Assembly (NCBI RefSeq): GCF_009834535.1
Contig: NC_045696.1
Coordinates: forward strand, 72,728,001 to 72,792,000
DNA length: 64,000 nt
Direction: 5' to 3'
Origin: Camelus ferus
Lineage: Eukaryota
The notes beneath the pieces are model-generated. The model ran no database searches, was not told where the DNA came from, and saw only the letters and a list, made by a program, of their open reading frames with translations. Numbering within the stretch: the stretch's first letter is position 1; each line of letters begins with the position of its first letter. The position numbers and the translations under genes were made by a program. Of this stretch, positions 61,851-64,000 are shown one piece after another.

Positions 61851-64000
61851 ATATTTATAAGAGTACCAACTATTGCCAGATACTGTTCAAGGCAGTGAAA
61901 ACAAAGCAGTGAACAAAACAAACTAAAATCACTGCCTTCCTAGAGACTATATTCTATTGGGTGAGATGGATTGTAAACAAAATAAATAAGTAAAATATTT
62001 AAGATGTTAGCAATAAGTGCTAAGGAGGAAATAAAATAAGGAAGGAAGGAGAATATGAAAAGTGGGGGCTGAAATACTAGTTAGAGTTTCCAGAGAAGAT
62101 CCACTGAGAAGGTCAGTTTTGAGTAAACACCTGTTGGAATGAAGGAACTAGCAATGTGGCTATCTGGGGAAAGAGCATTTTCAGAAGAGCCCATAGGAAG
62201 AGCAAAGGTCCTGGGGCAGGATGGTGCCTGAGGCATTCAAAGAATTGCCAGGCCAGTGTGGCAGAGCTAGGTGAGGTCAGAAGCAGTGAAAGCGGGGCAG
62301 TTTTCTAGGCCATCAGAATGATGTTTTGGTTTTTACACAGAATGAAATAGGGAACCACTGCAGGATTTTTAGTGGAGGAGTGGTAAGATTTTGAGTGGAG
62401 GAGTAACATGATTTAACTTATACCCCAACAATTACACACTCCTTGCTTTGAGAATAGACTTGATGGGCATGGGGAATGGGAGGAAGAGAGATTGGGAGGT
62501 TATTTGCAATAAAACCAGGTAAGAGATGATAGCAATTTGTATAAGATTGTGGAAGGGGAGGTGATGAGATGTGGATAAATGTTGGATTTGTTTTGAAGAT
62601 GGAGCCAGAGAATTTGCTGACAGAGCAGATATGGGATGGAGAAAAAAGAGAGGAGTTAAGGATGACACTGAAGTTCTGACCTTGAACGAGTAGAATGGGC
62701 TGCCCTGAGCTGAGATGGAATCTACAGAAGGAGGCAGTTTGGAGGTGATGATGGGGAGCTCCGTGTATGAATTTGGTGTGAGATGGCCTGTTAATCATCC
62801 CAGTGGAGACTTCAATCAGGCTGTTGAACACACAGGTCTGGAACTCAGGAGAGTGGTCAGGACTGAAGAGGTTGGTTTGGGAGCCATCAGTATATGAAAA
62901 TTGTGTAAAGCCATTAGACTTGTTGAGAATCTCACAAGAATGAGCTGAGATGGAAAAGATGACGAAGATATACTAACATTAGAGTGAAGTCAGACCCTAA
63001 GCTGTAAAAAAACCAAAATTAAAAAAAAAAAGGTGTTTTTCTTGCATATGTGCTTGTCACTTGGCATGTGGACTGTGTTAGCATGTTTCTCAGAGGTGTC
63101 AGGCTGGCTGTACGCTGTGTGTAGATATTCAGTCTGACTCACCTATGCCCTCTGTGGGGCTAGCACACAGACACAGGAAGCATTGAATAAAGAGTTGAAT
63201 TGACTAGAATAAACATCAGATAGATTTATGATTTAGCTTTACTTTTTTCTACATGCAACTCCTACATTTCAAGTTTTGGCACTCAAATCAATCATTGGTA
63301 AAATATTCTAGTGCAAACACATTTATATAAACCAGATCATTAAAGTATAAAATAATTAAATATTTTCACTAGGTTTTCTAGGCATTTAGCAGATGCTCCA
63401 AACTGACCATTGACTATTTTTTATCAGGGCTTCATCTAGGCTGAACCCTAAATGATTAATGATCAGATTTTCAGAAGCTTTTTAAGTTATTTTTTAAAAA
63501 GCACACATGACTTCAAATACTATAGAAATATTCAGGTATTCACATACAGGTGAATACCAGGAAACTCTAAACCTTAATTGGCACATGAAAAAAATTGCAA
63601 AATATTATAAAAATAAGAGCCTCAAAGCAAGCATTATTTAAGGAGTACTGGTTGGGGTCACAAAAACCAACATCTATTTCGTTGGTTCAGAGCAGTTCTG
63701 TTGTAATGGACAAGATGTAACTGTCCAAGGAGGATGTGTTCTCCTGGATAATCTATAGCCTCAGCTGGTCCAGAAAAGGTAACTTATGATGCATTTGGTA
63801 TGTAAATTGTACTCGTAAGAAGGAATAAGAGAAAAATTATTTTTAAAAAATAATTAAAAGAATAAGAATAGAGAAAACGAAGAAAACAGAATTCCACAGT
63901 GTTAAAATCCTTATAGTCTATTTCAGTGTAACTTTATGGATCAATTCTGTATTCATTGCCATTTCCCTACTTAAGATGTTATATATATGTTAGATTTATG

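Larger units (their letters stand above)
61560..62960 (-). mobile_element. L2 LINE (~1.1 kb) interrupted by an L1 fragment and a minisatellite
   Basis: ttcatttattctttcaacaaatatttattgagtacc; cagtgaacaaaacaaac..ctgccttcctagag; gagccagagaatttgctgacag; ggtctggaactcaggagag. Confidence 0.88.

Noticed and set aside
1..64000. The supplied ORFs of 60-149 aa as genes
   Set aside because: All are short, many use non-ATG starts or lie in MIR/L2/LTR/microsatellites, and none resembles a protein I recognise. This density is expected by chance in mammalian DNA.
1..64000. Prokaryote-style systems (CRISPR array, operon, defence island, retron)
   Set aside because: The sequence is mammalian. There is no repeat-spacer array, and the 30-bp tandem at 61.7 kb has no unique spacers.
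1..64000. Known microRNA, snRNA, snoRNA or rRNA genes
   Set aside because: A by-eye scan for common conserved mature miRNA sequences and structural RNAs gave only short chance matches. A cmscan/Rfam run would be needed to exclude them fully.

Overview
This is AT-rich, CpG-depleted mammalian genomic DNA, most likely camelid (Camelus/Vicugna/Lama). The lineage call is an inference from a tRNA-Ala-derived Vic-1-type SINE with a perfect 17-bp target-site duplication (TSD), camelid/cetartiodactyl-type L1 3' ends, and no recognisable Alu, B1, Bov-tA/BovB, PRE-1 or Can-SINE. I find no supportable protein-coding gene, and none of the supplied ORFs resembles a protein I recognise. The window reads as intergenic or deep-intronic DNA dominated by ancient repeats: many MIRs, L2, L3/CR1 (one piece has a still-readable reverse-transcriptase fossil), L1M fragments, MLT1 solo LTRs, hAT MITEs and microsatellites. 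Between them lie unique blocks that look regulatory (a small orphan CpG island near 59.4-59.6 kb, a motif-dense enhancer-like block near 25.5-26.2 kb, a CTCF-like site at 38.5 kb) and a few isolated exon-shaped segments that could belong to a lncRNA. I do not see a novel biological system. The most interesting items are small: template-switch/fold-back scars, a palindrome cluster and candidate exons. Repeat family names and boundaries were assigned by eye and are approximate.
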